From: Antedon mediterranea
Taxonomy: Eukaryota > Animalia > Echinodermata
Reading direction: 5' to 3'
Assembly: GCF_964355755.1 (NCBI RefSeq)
Contig: NC_092672.1
Coordinates: 4,774,001 to 4,838,000 of the forward strand
DNA length: 64,000 nt
Notes under the pieces: model-generated
Database searches by the model: none
Seen by the model: the letters and a program-made list of their open reading frames with translations, nothing else
Told to the model about the DNA's origin: nothing
Shown: positions 1 to 11,900 of the stretch, piece after piece
Numbering within the stretch: position 1 is the first letter of the stretch
Layout: each line of letters begins with the position of its first letter
Made by a program: the position numbers and the translations under genes

Positions 1-2444
1 TATTACAATATTTCCTATATTGTAGAGCAAATTAATTGTAGTAAAAATAATGTGTATATTAAAACGTGTACAAATGTCAAATAAGAGGTGAGTGCTGAGG
101 TGGTTTTTGCATGAAAAAATAAGTAAGGTAAAACATCTTTACTTAATAAGAAAAACAAATTTGTGAATTTCGTGTGATACTTGAGTAAAAAATTTAAAAA
201 CAAAAGTTACAAGCACGCAATAAGGAAATATAAATGAGAGTGCAATTAAAATTAATCTGTAAATGTGAGAGTTTCACATTAAGAGCAAACACATCAAGAT
301 AAAAAGTAATTTTTATTATATAAGATAAATAACAAGATAAGCAATGCTATATGAAACAATACAAAAATATATCTAGAATAGAGAATGTGGGGTGGGGGGA
401 GGGGAGGCAGTAGATAACAATTTACTTTGTGGTCAACAAGACAACAGTTGTGTATTGTCCAATTCATTTATTCAGGTGCTTTGTCAGACTTTATTCATTG
501 ACTTAGGCAATTGGTCAATAAAAGTCACATGACACAAGATACTATGAAGCAACTGAGTTAATAGATAGCTGAACATGCTCAGTAACTACTCAATATTGTG
601 ATAGCTTGCCATCACTACCCCCTATTTCGGAATTTACGTAGCAGCTGAAGCACAATTGGATAATTTCCATTTTTTAGTCTCTGCAATCGCTTTGTGCAAG
701 ACACCATAACAGAATAACGCTTTGATAAAAAAAAGCGCTTTGGATGTCATGAAATAACCCTATTGTTTTGCCAGCAGAATCCCACAGCCTACAATTTACA
801 TGCACAGTAGCAATATAAAACATTTTTTAGCAGAAAGTAAAGTAGATACAGACAATTAACCTTTACACAGAAACTTTGCAGTTAATAAGAAGAAAACAAA
901 GAAAGTCAAATCAAATGTACTTTAATACTAAACAAAGACATAGCGGCATTCACAAAACAAAACAAGTATTTATGTCTTTAGTACTGACCAATACAAAATA
1001 CTGTTATAAATTATTCAGTATTACAAGGTAAAAAAATGAAAATCACAACTCTTACAAAACGGACACCATTCGGCTGGAAAAAATGTCAAGTTTTGGGAAA
1101 GTCTAGTTTTAAATTGTATTTTAAATAGTAATAACAACAATTTGAGACTTTTAAAGTTTTTAGAAAATATTTTTACAAAATGTTAATTTTGGAGACTAGA
1201 GTTTGCAACTTTCAGGGAGTCCGATTTCTGTAGAGTTTAATATACAGTTGAAATAAGAGTTATATTCACAATCACAAAATAATAAATATAAAGAGAATTT
1301 GTAACCCCAAAAGCAAAAAAAAAAAAAGGGGGTGGGGCGGATCCAGCAGTGGACACAAAGAGCACTTTACCTAAGTGCCCAACCCAAAAAACTTCGCTTC
1401 TCCTACAAATAGAAATGTTAAAAATAAAACCAATTTAAGTGCAAAGAAACTCAGGAAGAAACTCAGGAAATACAAGTTTTCCGCATTTCATACGTGTCCT
1501 GGACAGGATCCACCCATATTATAAAGCAATACATTGTACAATAATATCAACAAAACTGAGTAAAATCTGCAGTGCTGGTTATTATGCAGAGGTTAGTAAA
1601 AGCAAAAACAAGTTTAAAGAAATAGTAGATTCTTGATTTAGGTTGCAATTACACAAATTTGGTTTGTTTTGAATCATACCTGATTTTGGTTCTCTTTGCT
1701 AAAATTGAATCTGTGAAAATTGGCATGAATATGGCACAATAATGAAATAATCCACAACAATTAATGAAATGTTTTTAATTTAATACTAAAATGATAAATG
1801 ATAGCCATGGTTCTTTTATGCGCAACTGATAGACTAATGAACTATGGCTACCCTTATGATTATGGCATATAATGATGAAATCAAACTGAAATCATGTATG
1901 TTTCATATTGAAATGCCTGTTACAATTTCCTCTTAGCATGGTCTTTGTATAAAATATGTTTTTTCAAACTTTGGATTAATTTTCAAATTTATCATGTTTT
2001 TTTAAATTATTCGATGTCAGAATATGCTATCATCTACTCTACGCTAGGGAAGCCATCCGATTAAATGGTTTCTTTCCATGCAACTAATTTTTAAATAGGT
2101 AATTTAAATTATTAACAAGCATATCAGTTAAACATGGTGTTGCATGGTGATTTAATTAGCAAAAACAAATAGGATATTAGACCACCAGATAAACACTATA
2201 AACCATTATTTTAGCAATGTCTCTCAATTTATGGATAATATAAATAACATAGTGCCCTCTATTGTTGGGAGGTGAATGGCCATAGCTAATATTCATTGAT
2301 TTGATTTCAATTTTCATTTTGTACTGTTTGGCAAAATTTTCACAGAAAAAAAAATCTCTGTAAAAGCAGAATCTCTAATTAACTGTTTTTATCCAATATA
2401 TTAGATAGTATATCAAATTTGATTTTTTTTTTTTAAATACTTAC

Positions 2445-3888
2445 ATTGCAACCGGAATCTGGACCACAACATTCATCATTTTGACAAGAATCGCATGATA
2501 GACATCTTGTTAACGTGCAGCGCTATGAAATTTGGGTTAAAAACAGAAGCAGGTCAAAGGTCAAACCACAATGCACACAAGATAGAGGATAGAATAAAAC
2601 TACAAAATATTACACAGTGATCAGAGAAACAAACACAATTAGTTTATGTGGTCATTTTCTATGTGGTCATTTCTATGTGGTCATTTTCTATGTGGTCATT
2701 TTCTATGTGGTCATTTTCTATGTGGTCATTTTAGATCCATGTTAAATTAAAGATAACTATATTACTCTTTAACTTGGAAAAAATTGTAACTGTACATTTT
2801 TAAAATATATTTTACAATTTCTCTGCAAATTGAAAATTAGTTTTCCCCACACATCAATCAAGCAATAACATTTATCCCTCACAAAAAAGATACCATTTCA
2901 CAACTTTGACAATAAAAGAAGACATGTAACATTTTAACAATAGTAAAGTACTGGTGTTAATTAATAGTAATACCATAAATTGTCAGTCTTCTGTGACCTG
3001 TGACCTAAAATCAGTATATCTGAATTTGAGTTTGATAGTGTAAACAGAGCTTAATGAAATAAAACTTACATTTGATGGTGGTCCACAAACAGAATCTAAA
3101 CAGCTCCTTCTATTTGGGTAAGCACAGCAATTACAGGACTCTGCAAGGCTAACCCAGCAGTCACAGCATTGAAATGACCCATCATCTTTACCACAAGGCG
3201 AACACTCTGTGCAGCTTCCTCTAGCCTAAGAAAATAATTGATTGAATTGAATATAATAAAAACATCAATAATCAATAATTTATTTAATTACATTATATAT
3301 ATATATATATTAGGAGCCGAGTGGTTTAGGACACTTGACCATCATACAGTTCCAGCTATTTGTTTTGAAATACTTACAACGATAAATTGCCTTAGCACTA
3401 AAAGAGCTGCTATTACAACCATGTAGGCACCAATGGCTATTACAAGAATAACAGACACCGGAAGCTGGGTACTATTTGATGGACTTGATGTAGGATTCTG
3501 AAATTAAAATAAATTAAATAAATATGATATGATTGACATGGTTTTTTAACATTTTTTAAATAAAATTCGTTGAAATGTTATACTTTTTAATAAATGTTTG
3601 CCTTTTAATATATTAATAAAAGACATTATACATTGTCTAGACTAGGCCTAGGCCTAGGTACTATAGTAGCAGTAGATTCTATGACTACAGTAGCTTCTAG
3701 GCTAGGCCTATCGTCGTCCCGAAACGTCCATCTGATTGTATCTGTAATGAGTCTGTAACTAGGCCTAGACTGTATCTAGGCCTGGCCTAGGCCTAAGGCT
3801 AGATATAAGGATATAAGACTAAAGAGGTCTACTAAGTGCTTTACTAATTATGAATTACATTATTATTGCTTACCGATGCATCCGCCAT
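2445..3888 (-). CDS. Uncharacterised single-pass membrane protein with Cys-rich C-terminal region (4 exons seen; final exon(s) unresolved)
   Basis: Exons 3888-3874 (MADAS), 3497-3378 (NPTSSPSNSTQLPVSVILVIAIGAYMVVIAALLVLRQFIV), 3225-3070 (ARGSCTECSPCGKDDGSFQCCDCWVSLAESCNCCAYPNRRSCLDSVCGPPSN), 2522-2445 (RCTLTRCLSCDSCQNDECCGPDSGCN). All have GTAAG donors, pyrimidine-rich AG acceptors and phase-0 introns, with no stop in 123 codons. The last exon still ends in a donor. Not in the ORF track. Confidence 0.8.
2645..2732. repeat. 15-bp minisatellite (TATGTGGTCATTTTC) x6
   Basis: Six direct tandem copies in intron 3 of the Cys-rich gene; one copy is 14 bp. Confidence 0.95.
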
Positions 3889-5932
3889 TTGTATGTATTG
3901 ATACCTTTATGTGGTCTAGGTCTTGAACGTTTTGATTTTCATCATAAAAACAGTATTTTTAAACGAAGAATTCAACTTGCAAAAAACGTTGTTGGTAGTT
4001 GTTTATGACGACGACGGTGGTGGCGCTGTTCTAAAAAATATGGAACGTCGTTCTCGCCGGTGAAAATAATAAATTGCGGTTTGTTCGTCACAAAGGAAAA
4101 GTCATATACTGTAGTCAACTTTCCAAAACTAGGCACATTTCGACTGGCCCCAAAATACCCTTTTTTCAGAATGGATTTCAAATATTGTTTTTTAAATTAA
4201 ACTTTTTATCAGAGATTTCAATTATGGTAGAGGGGCAATAATCCTTCAATGAAAGTTTAAATTCTATTTTTCCTGTTTTAAACTTTCTCTTGAAGGGCTG
4301 CTTTCCATATCATTTGATTATAAAGACAATGGATGTTTGTTGCATATCTGTTTACCATTTAATGTTGAAGATCACGAACGATGCGTCACTGTCCTTACAA
4401 AACATATTGGCCTACTTTCCATTAATATCTTTACATAGCAAACATCGTAAACTATTGAAATAACCAAAGCTGACTCAATTACAAGCAATGCGGCAAGAAG
4501 GCCACTTTGTAGTTTATGAGACGTGTGTTTACTTAGCTATATTCCTGTAATAACTATAAATTGTCTTAAGTCAACACTGTTGAAATCCCATCAAGTTAGA
4601 TTGGCCGGTGTTGGACATGACGTTAAAGACTAATTTTTTCGGAAATGTTGTTGAAACTATGTAGGCCTAGGCCCATGCATTCCAACAAGGTAGCCCCAAC
4701 ATTACAATGTAGTGCAGCTATCGGCCTATAGATTCTTCTTGGTTGTTCAGTGAGATCAATACTTGAAAGATATGCCCATCTCTTTATTCATTGCGGTTAA
4801 AATGCTTAATTTTACATTTAAGACTATCACCCTTGCTTGGGGGAATTATTCACCGTGTGTCACGTGCAACTGTTATAGACATTACCTATTATTCGGCCCT
4901 ATGAACATTAAACCAGGAGACAGTGAATTTAAAAGGAAAGTTTGTTTAATTAAATGTATTGTGAGTAATGTATTTGCATTTATTTACAATAAAGATAAAT
5001 TTTCTCCTATATATGATCTATGTTCTTAGATGCATATTCCCTGTTTGTACATGGTTTTATTAAAAAAACTAATTGACATACTGACCGGGTTCGTAGCCGA
5101 GCCTACTTATTCATAGGCTATGGATCGTATAACAAAAGTTTCTAGATTTTGCCATTTAGACATAAAATCACAGTCACCATAACAATTATGAAATGCTTAG
5201 ACTAGTAGTTACATTGCTACAGTACAACAAATCCGCCATTATGTGAAAATTGTATTTTTGTCCAACGATTATGATTATCGGCTAATGTGTGGGAACCACT
5301 TAAACTAAAGAACGATGTGATTGATAAGAATGTACACGCGAACATGATTGGTCAATAACATGTTTGCTTTTTTTGCCAATGGCCTACTGAACGACCAAGA
5401 TAGATTGACATCTTAACATGTTGTTCTGATCTCATCAAGCGTTGCCCATGTCTGCTGCCTAATCAAATAAATAAGACAACATCGCACGGTTCAGAGTTAG
5501 TTGTTAACGCGCGAGAGGGGTTCGTTCATTTTAGAGCAGACAATATTTTCAACAACCAACCGTCAACCGACTATTCACTCGTCAGCCGATAGTGGAAATA
5601 ATAGTTTGTCGGAATTGATGAGAAGAACTATTTAGTTTTCTAAATGAAGCGTGGACCATTTTCATACCACCACTGGAAAAGATAATCGGTCGTGTTAAGT
5701 TATGTCAGAGGACGACATTGATATTTTGTGAATTGAAAGATAGTTTAGGCCTACAATATTTGATATTTGTGAATGAGTTGAAGCAGGTTCCAGTCTCAAA
5801 ATATATTTAACAGTTAAGAGTTTTAAAAGCTGACTGGTGTTCGTGACGTAGAGGGTGAATTCGAGTTTAATTATTATCAAACCAAGTTTAATATTTTTTT
5901 ATACCAAACGCAATCGTGTAAAAAAGTTCAGA

Positions 5933-8900
5933 ATGAATAATTTACTTTTAATTTTAGTACCTTTTCTTGGTTTGTTTGTAAAAGTTGACGCATTTTGTTC
6001 AGGAGCTAATTCTGATGGTAGCGATCTTTGTTGCGACGGGGCGGTTTTAAACTGCACGGCAGAAGGATATCAAATCGACTCGACATCTTACGGAATCTGT
6101 TATTGCGATTCTCACTGTATTAGTACAAAGGACTGCTGCGTGGACTACGATAGGACATGCAAACAACGTAAGTAAAAATTGAATGTTTGTGTGAACAAAA
6201 CGGGTTCAAAAGTTGTCTTTAAATGGGGGAAACATTTCTTGGTGTGCTTCTTTTAAACATTATAAAAAATATTATGTTCTATTCTGTAATTTCACTAAAG
6301 GCCAATTTACACAGACGAGCGGTAACTGTAATAATAATATAGAATCTATGTTATTCCTTATGATCATTTACGTGGAGCGGATGGGTGGTTTCCGCTCACG
6401 TGAGACAAGCTACGCTGTTTTCCGCTTACCGTTACCGTCTGTGAAAATTGGCCAATATAGGCCTATACGTTTCGATTTGATGAAAAGTGACTGTTATATA
6501 AATGAATACTATAAATGAATATGATAACGATAACAATATTCTTTTAATATCCTGGTGCTATCTCTTATTATTAACACCCACTGCCACACCCCTATCCAAA
6601 TTACCGCAAATGTGGGAATCGAATCTCACCTCCAAAAAAGAGGTATTTTACTGTGTTATTCCACCATCCGTTTCATTACTTATTCTGATTAAACTGAAGT
6701 ATTGACTCACATATGATTGTTAAAACCAAGTCAAACGGGTTGTTTGTGTTTCATCGCACTCCGTTAGTTTATTACGGTAACTTCAAACAGTGTTACCAGT
6801 GGTTTTACACACAATTAAACCGAACATAATTTTCCGATAGCACTTTCAGCATCGGTAATAATAATGGTGGTATAGCAACGCTTATTATAGGCATTGGTGT
6901 ACTTATTCAATATCAGTTAGTACTCGTTTGACAGCGGCGCTCAGTGGTAACATTGGATATCAGCACTTATTCGGCATGGTGTAGTACTTATTCACTTATT
7001 CAATAATATCATCAATACATTATGTCGCTTATAATATTGTGGGATAGCAGTTGGTAATGGTGCACTTATTCAACATCGGTACTTATTTGTTGACAGCGGC
7101 GCTCAGCGGTAACACATCATATTAGAATATTAGCACTTATTCAGCATAGTGTATAGTACCAATACTTATTCAATATCGGTACTTATTTGTTGACAGCGGC
7201 GCTCAGCGGTAACACATCATATTAGAATATTAGCACTTATTCAGCATAGTGTATAGTACCAGTACTTATTCAATATCGGTATTTATTTGTTGACAGCGGC
7301 GCTTAGCGGTAACACATCATATTAGAATATTAGCACTTATTCAGCATAGTGTATAGTACCAGTACTTATTCAATATCGGTATTTATTTGTTGACAGCGGC
7401 GCTTAGCGGTAACACATCATATTAGAATATTAGCACTTATTCAGCATAGTGTATAGTACCAGTACTTATTCAATATCGGTATTTATTTGTTGACAGCGGC
7501 GCTTAGCGGTAACACATCATATTAGAATATTAGCACTTATTCAGCATAGTGTATAGTACCAGTACTTATTCAATATCGGTACTTATTTGTTGACAGCGGC
7601 GCTCAGTGGTAACACATCATATTAGAATATTAGCACTTATTCAGCATAGTGTATAGTACCAGTACTTATTCAATATCGTTAAGACATTATGTCGCTCATA
7701 TTGTAGAATAGCGGTATTTGATAATGGTGTACTTATTCAATATCGGTAGGCCTACTTATTTGACAAAACCGGCGCTCAGCGGTAATACATTATATGTTGC
7801 TTATTGGGATATCAACATTTATTTAGTAATGGTGGGCTTATCCAATATCGGTACTTATTTGACAGCGGCGCTCAGCAGAAATACATTATGCTGCTTATTG
7901 GCATCAACACTTATTTAGTAACGGTGTACTTATTCGATATTGATACTTATTCGGCAGTGTATTGGATACCCTAATGAACTTATTCAGCGTCGACGCGCGC
8001 TTTATAGAACTTTACGGTCCAAAGATTATTCATTTTGGTGCAGAATCATTCAATAGTGCACAAGACATAATTAATGCTGATTTAAACTTGTAAATTAAAA
8101 TATTATGTTCAGATTATAAGCTGTGACTAATTTATACAATTCAAAGTGTATACCATTGCTTGTTTCCAAAGTAATTGAAAATGATACCATAATGGCGACA
8201 ATGTCGACATCATGTCGACACATTCAGCAAATGTTAATGGAATCACATTCAGCAATAATCTGAATAAATTCCACCAACTTGAAATGCGGTAAACAAAATG
8301 TTGGTCGTTTCAACAATTATGATAAAGTAAAAGTCACTCAGACATTTTTATATCTCCCAATGGCAGCGTCCTGGTTAAGTAAGGGTGGTGAATGCCAAGC
8401 AATCATGGATTTGGGGAGAACGAGAGGGTGCATGAGAAAAGCAGTATGTTTTTTCTTCGAGCACACATCCAATGATTATCGTCCTAAAAAAACAAATTAT
8501 AGATTCCTCACTGAAGATACACCAATGTATTTGGCCTACAATCTCAAAAAACCAAAATGTTCAATGAATTAGAAATCCAACACCATGACTAAAATACTTA
8601 ATTTAGATTTAAATGCGTGAAAATAAAGTAATTTTAAATGCGTGAAAATAAAGTAATTTTAAAAGCGTGACATTTCCGTGTATGTTGAAGCGTAGTACCG
8701 AAATTCACATTCCGAAGCGAAGACTGACGTGATACCGTAGAGTGCTTTTTAAGTACCGCTCAATTATCCCAACACCTCTAAGTGTGAAAAAACGCAATGT
8801 TCTGTCAGTTTGTTTAATAGCACATTTCTCATTCTTTATTCGAAACGCTTCCAAAAATGAAGAACAGGAGAACAAAAAAAAACATTTAAAACAATGTTAT

Positions 8901-11900
8901 GCTGGAAAGTTATTGAAAATTAAGCCTACTACAATAAGTTATGTCTATTTCTACAGTAAAGCTCTGTCCACACTATCAAACTAGTTTGACAAATATGTGT
9001 GATGTGCCTAAATATGGTAGTGATATGGCCAAATATGGTAGCGATATGACATCATGTCCATACATGGGCACATCACATTATTTTTTTCATATAAAGTTTG
9101 ATAGTACAGTACAACAAAAAAGTTCGAAATGAGTTTTCCGTTAAAGTGACCCAACCTATCACAAAGTTCATTGCAGCCAGATGTTACTATTATTAATTAG
9201 ATCAAATGAAAATTGTTTTCATAATAAAATTCCTGTCATGTGGGCAATATTTCCGTTCCCAGCCTGTGTTTGCATTTCTTGTATTTGCCGATATATTTTT
9301 GTCAGTAAGGAAGTTTGCATAACGATTGACCTTTGACTCACCGCGTGCTCGTCTTTTCATAAAAGTGCCATCGATTGTTGTAACCATGTTTAATCAAATA
9401 ATTAACAGTAAAATCATCTAAGGATATGCCAATCAAAAAGTTGATGGAAGTTTTAAAAAGGACGAAGTTAATGCCGGTGGCATTGGTACTGTTCGAGGAG
9501 AGAGCTGTCTGCAGTTGTTATTGGCAGTTTTTCTATCGATATAAATATAGGCCTACCAACCGTTATTTGGTAATCCGTATTATTGAGAGTGGGTGGGGTA
9601 GGTTTGGAACATCAAGCCCGGTCGATAATTTTTAACTGCTATTAATCATTTACGCTTGGTTCCCACTAGGACGCAACGCAAGGATGTAAACGTAAACGCA
9701 ACGCAAGCGTGTTGACCAATGACAATTAGCTAGCGACAGTTCGAATAGCTTGTGATTGGTCAACTCACTTACGTTGCGTTACGTCCTTGTGTTGCGCGTC
9801 TAGTGGGAACCAAGCATTAGTTACGAATTAGAGTACGTTTAATAACACTTTAACCAACAAAATTTAGTTTGATTCTTCTGCCAAAAAAGCCAGATAATCT
9901 GAGTCAATCACAAGCGATGAATTATCCGAACTATCTGTCGCTTAAGCTTGATTCCCACTTGATACGCAACCTACGCAACGTAAGAAAATGCCTTCCAATC
10001 ACTGTGTTTGCCCCCGCCTGCGTGAAATCAAACCTGTGTTGTTTGCAGCACTGTTGCGTCGTCGGTTCCCACTTGTGATTACGTAATACAGCACTTTGCG
10101 TCGATACGTCGTTGCGTTGCGTTCTAGTGGGAACCACGCTTTAATGTCATTGGTCAACTCGTTTACGCCGCGCTTACGTCTCCGCGCTTACGTCTTTGCG
10201 TTTACGTCTTTGCGTTTACGTCTTTGCGTTACGTCCTAGTGCAAACTAAGCTTAAAGCTTGTGTTGCTTTTAAGGGTCTTTACAAAACTTCTCATTCTTC
10301 TTTCGCTTAAAAAAATCACTTAATTTTCTTATACAGCACAAGATTGTGTGGTGAATGATTGGAGTCACTGGAGTGGTTGCAATGCTCAATGTGGTATCGG
10401 GCATGCAGTCCGGCTACGTTACGTCGAAATTGAGGCTGAAGAAGGGGGTAAGCCTTGTCCTGAAACAATTCAGAAACGGGCCTGTATGAGTTTGTATTGT
10501 GATGATGAACCCAAGAAAAAGAAAAAATTAAGTGAGTATAACAATTATTTTATTGTATAACATGAACATTTGACCAGTTCAACTGACATATAACCGATTT
10601 TTGCTTTGTATATTATAGATGCAGCACACATATTACCATATCACTACCGTAAAGGACGTATCAATCCAAAATGGAACGCAATTACTAATCTAATTGGTAT
10701 CGACGAACCAAAGTAAGTAATAGTATATACTTTTGGAACTTGCCTTTTGAATTTAATGATGAAATGATGATCACGGGGATTTATATTTTACGATGACGAT
10801 GGTATTGTTCATAATAGTGTCGGTCGTTATTCGAAAGCTTTCGTTTCGGGACCGTGTAGACAAGAAGGGGAGCAGGGACGGCTGTGTAGCGTCGGTGACA
10901 GTTTCCAGACAGTGGCGTAACGCGCGAGGCCCCTGGTTTAGGAACAGTAAAGCTTGGTTCCCACTAGAAGAACGTAACGCAAGGACGTAAACGCAACGCA
11001 AGCGGGTTAACCAATGACAAGCGAAGTTATAGACAGTTAGCAATCACAAGCGAATAAGCCATCGCTTTTGATTGGTAAATTCACTTGCGTTGCGTCGCTA
11101 GTGGGAACCACGCTTAAGTGGCCCTCCAACGCTGGAGGCCTCGGGCGTTTTTAGCCTTCGACATATATTTTAATGCCGGGTTTTTCCTTTGGGCACTGCC
11201 CAGGGGTCCCATAAGCTCCGGGCGCCTGGGTTTAGCCAGTGAGCGCTCATGGCCGTTACGCCACTTTGTTCCGTCCTGAAATATATCGGAAAAAAAAACC
11301 TCCACGAAGATGGTTCAAAAGTACAAACATCAAAACAAATTAATTGATTCCAGCTGCTGAACAACATACTCATCTTTATGGAATGGGAGGATGCCATTAT
11401 GGTCCGAAAACTGATCATGAAAATGAGGAACAGTTCTTCAAATGAATTTGAATTCCTTTCCACTACATACACGTATTTTATGTTTTAAATTATTAAATTA
11501 AAATTATGAAAAGTTCACCTCTTTTGTAGTTGTTTGAAACTTTTTAAACGAATTAGATTATACAAATTTACATTGTTCTTATAATTCGTAATTATAAATT
11601 TGGATTTATTTAAACTTTTTCGTCACGCCATCCCATCGGTCGATAAAAAATGACACTACCGATATGAAATAGGCAAAAACAAAACTCTATCAAACAAAAT
11701 TAATTTGTAATGCGTTTCGGTCGCGTATCTACCAATCTCAGCAGATGAGCGTTGCAATCACTTAAAAGCTCTGTCTACGCTATCAAACTTTATGTAACAA
11801 AAATTTTCATGTCCCCATATATGGACATGATAATGTTATATCACTACCATACTTGGGTATATCACTACCATACTTGGACACATCACACTTTTTTGTCAAA

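Noticed and set aside
560-1600. Candidate terminal exons for the Cys-rich gene (minus-strand acceptors near 789, 680 and 1567)
   Set aside because: Several AG sites give short open frames, but none continues the Cys-rich pattern convincingly; the true exon may lie outside the window.
7062-7661. Regular repeat array resembling CRISPR
   Set aside because: Whole units repeat with no unique spacers, there are no cas genes, and it lies in a eukaryotic intron.
11708-11745. Possible third hammerhead on the minus strand (CTGAGA-TTGGT..ACC-GAAACGCATT)
   Set aside because: The core lacks a base and helix III/stem I are broken; too degenerate to support.
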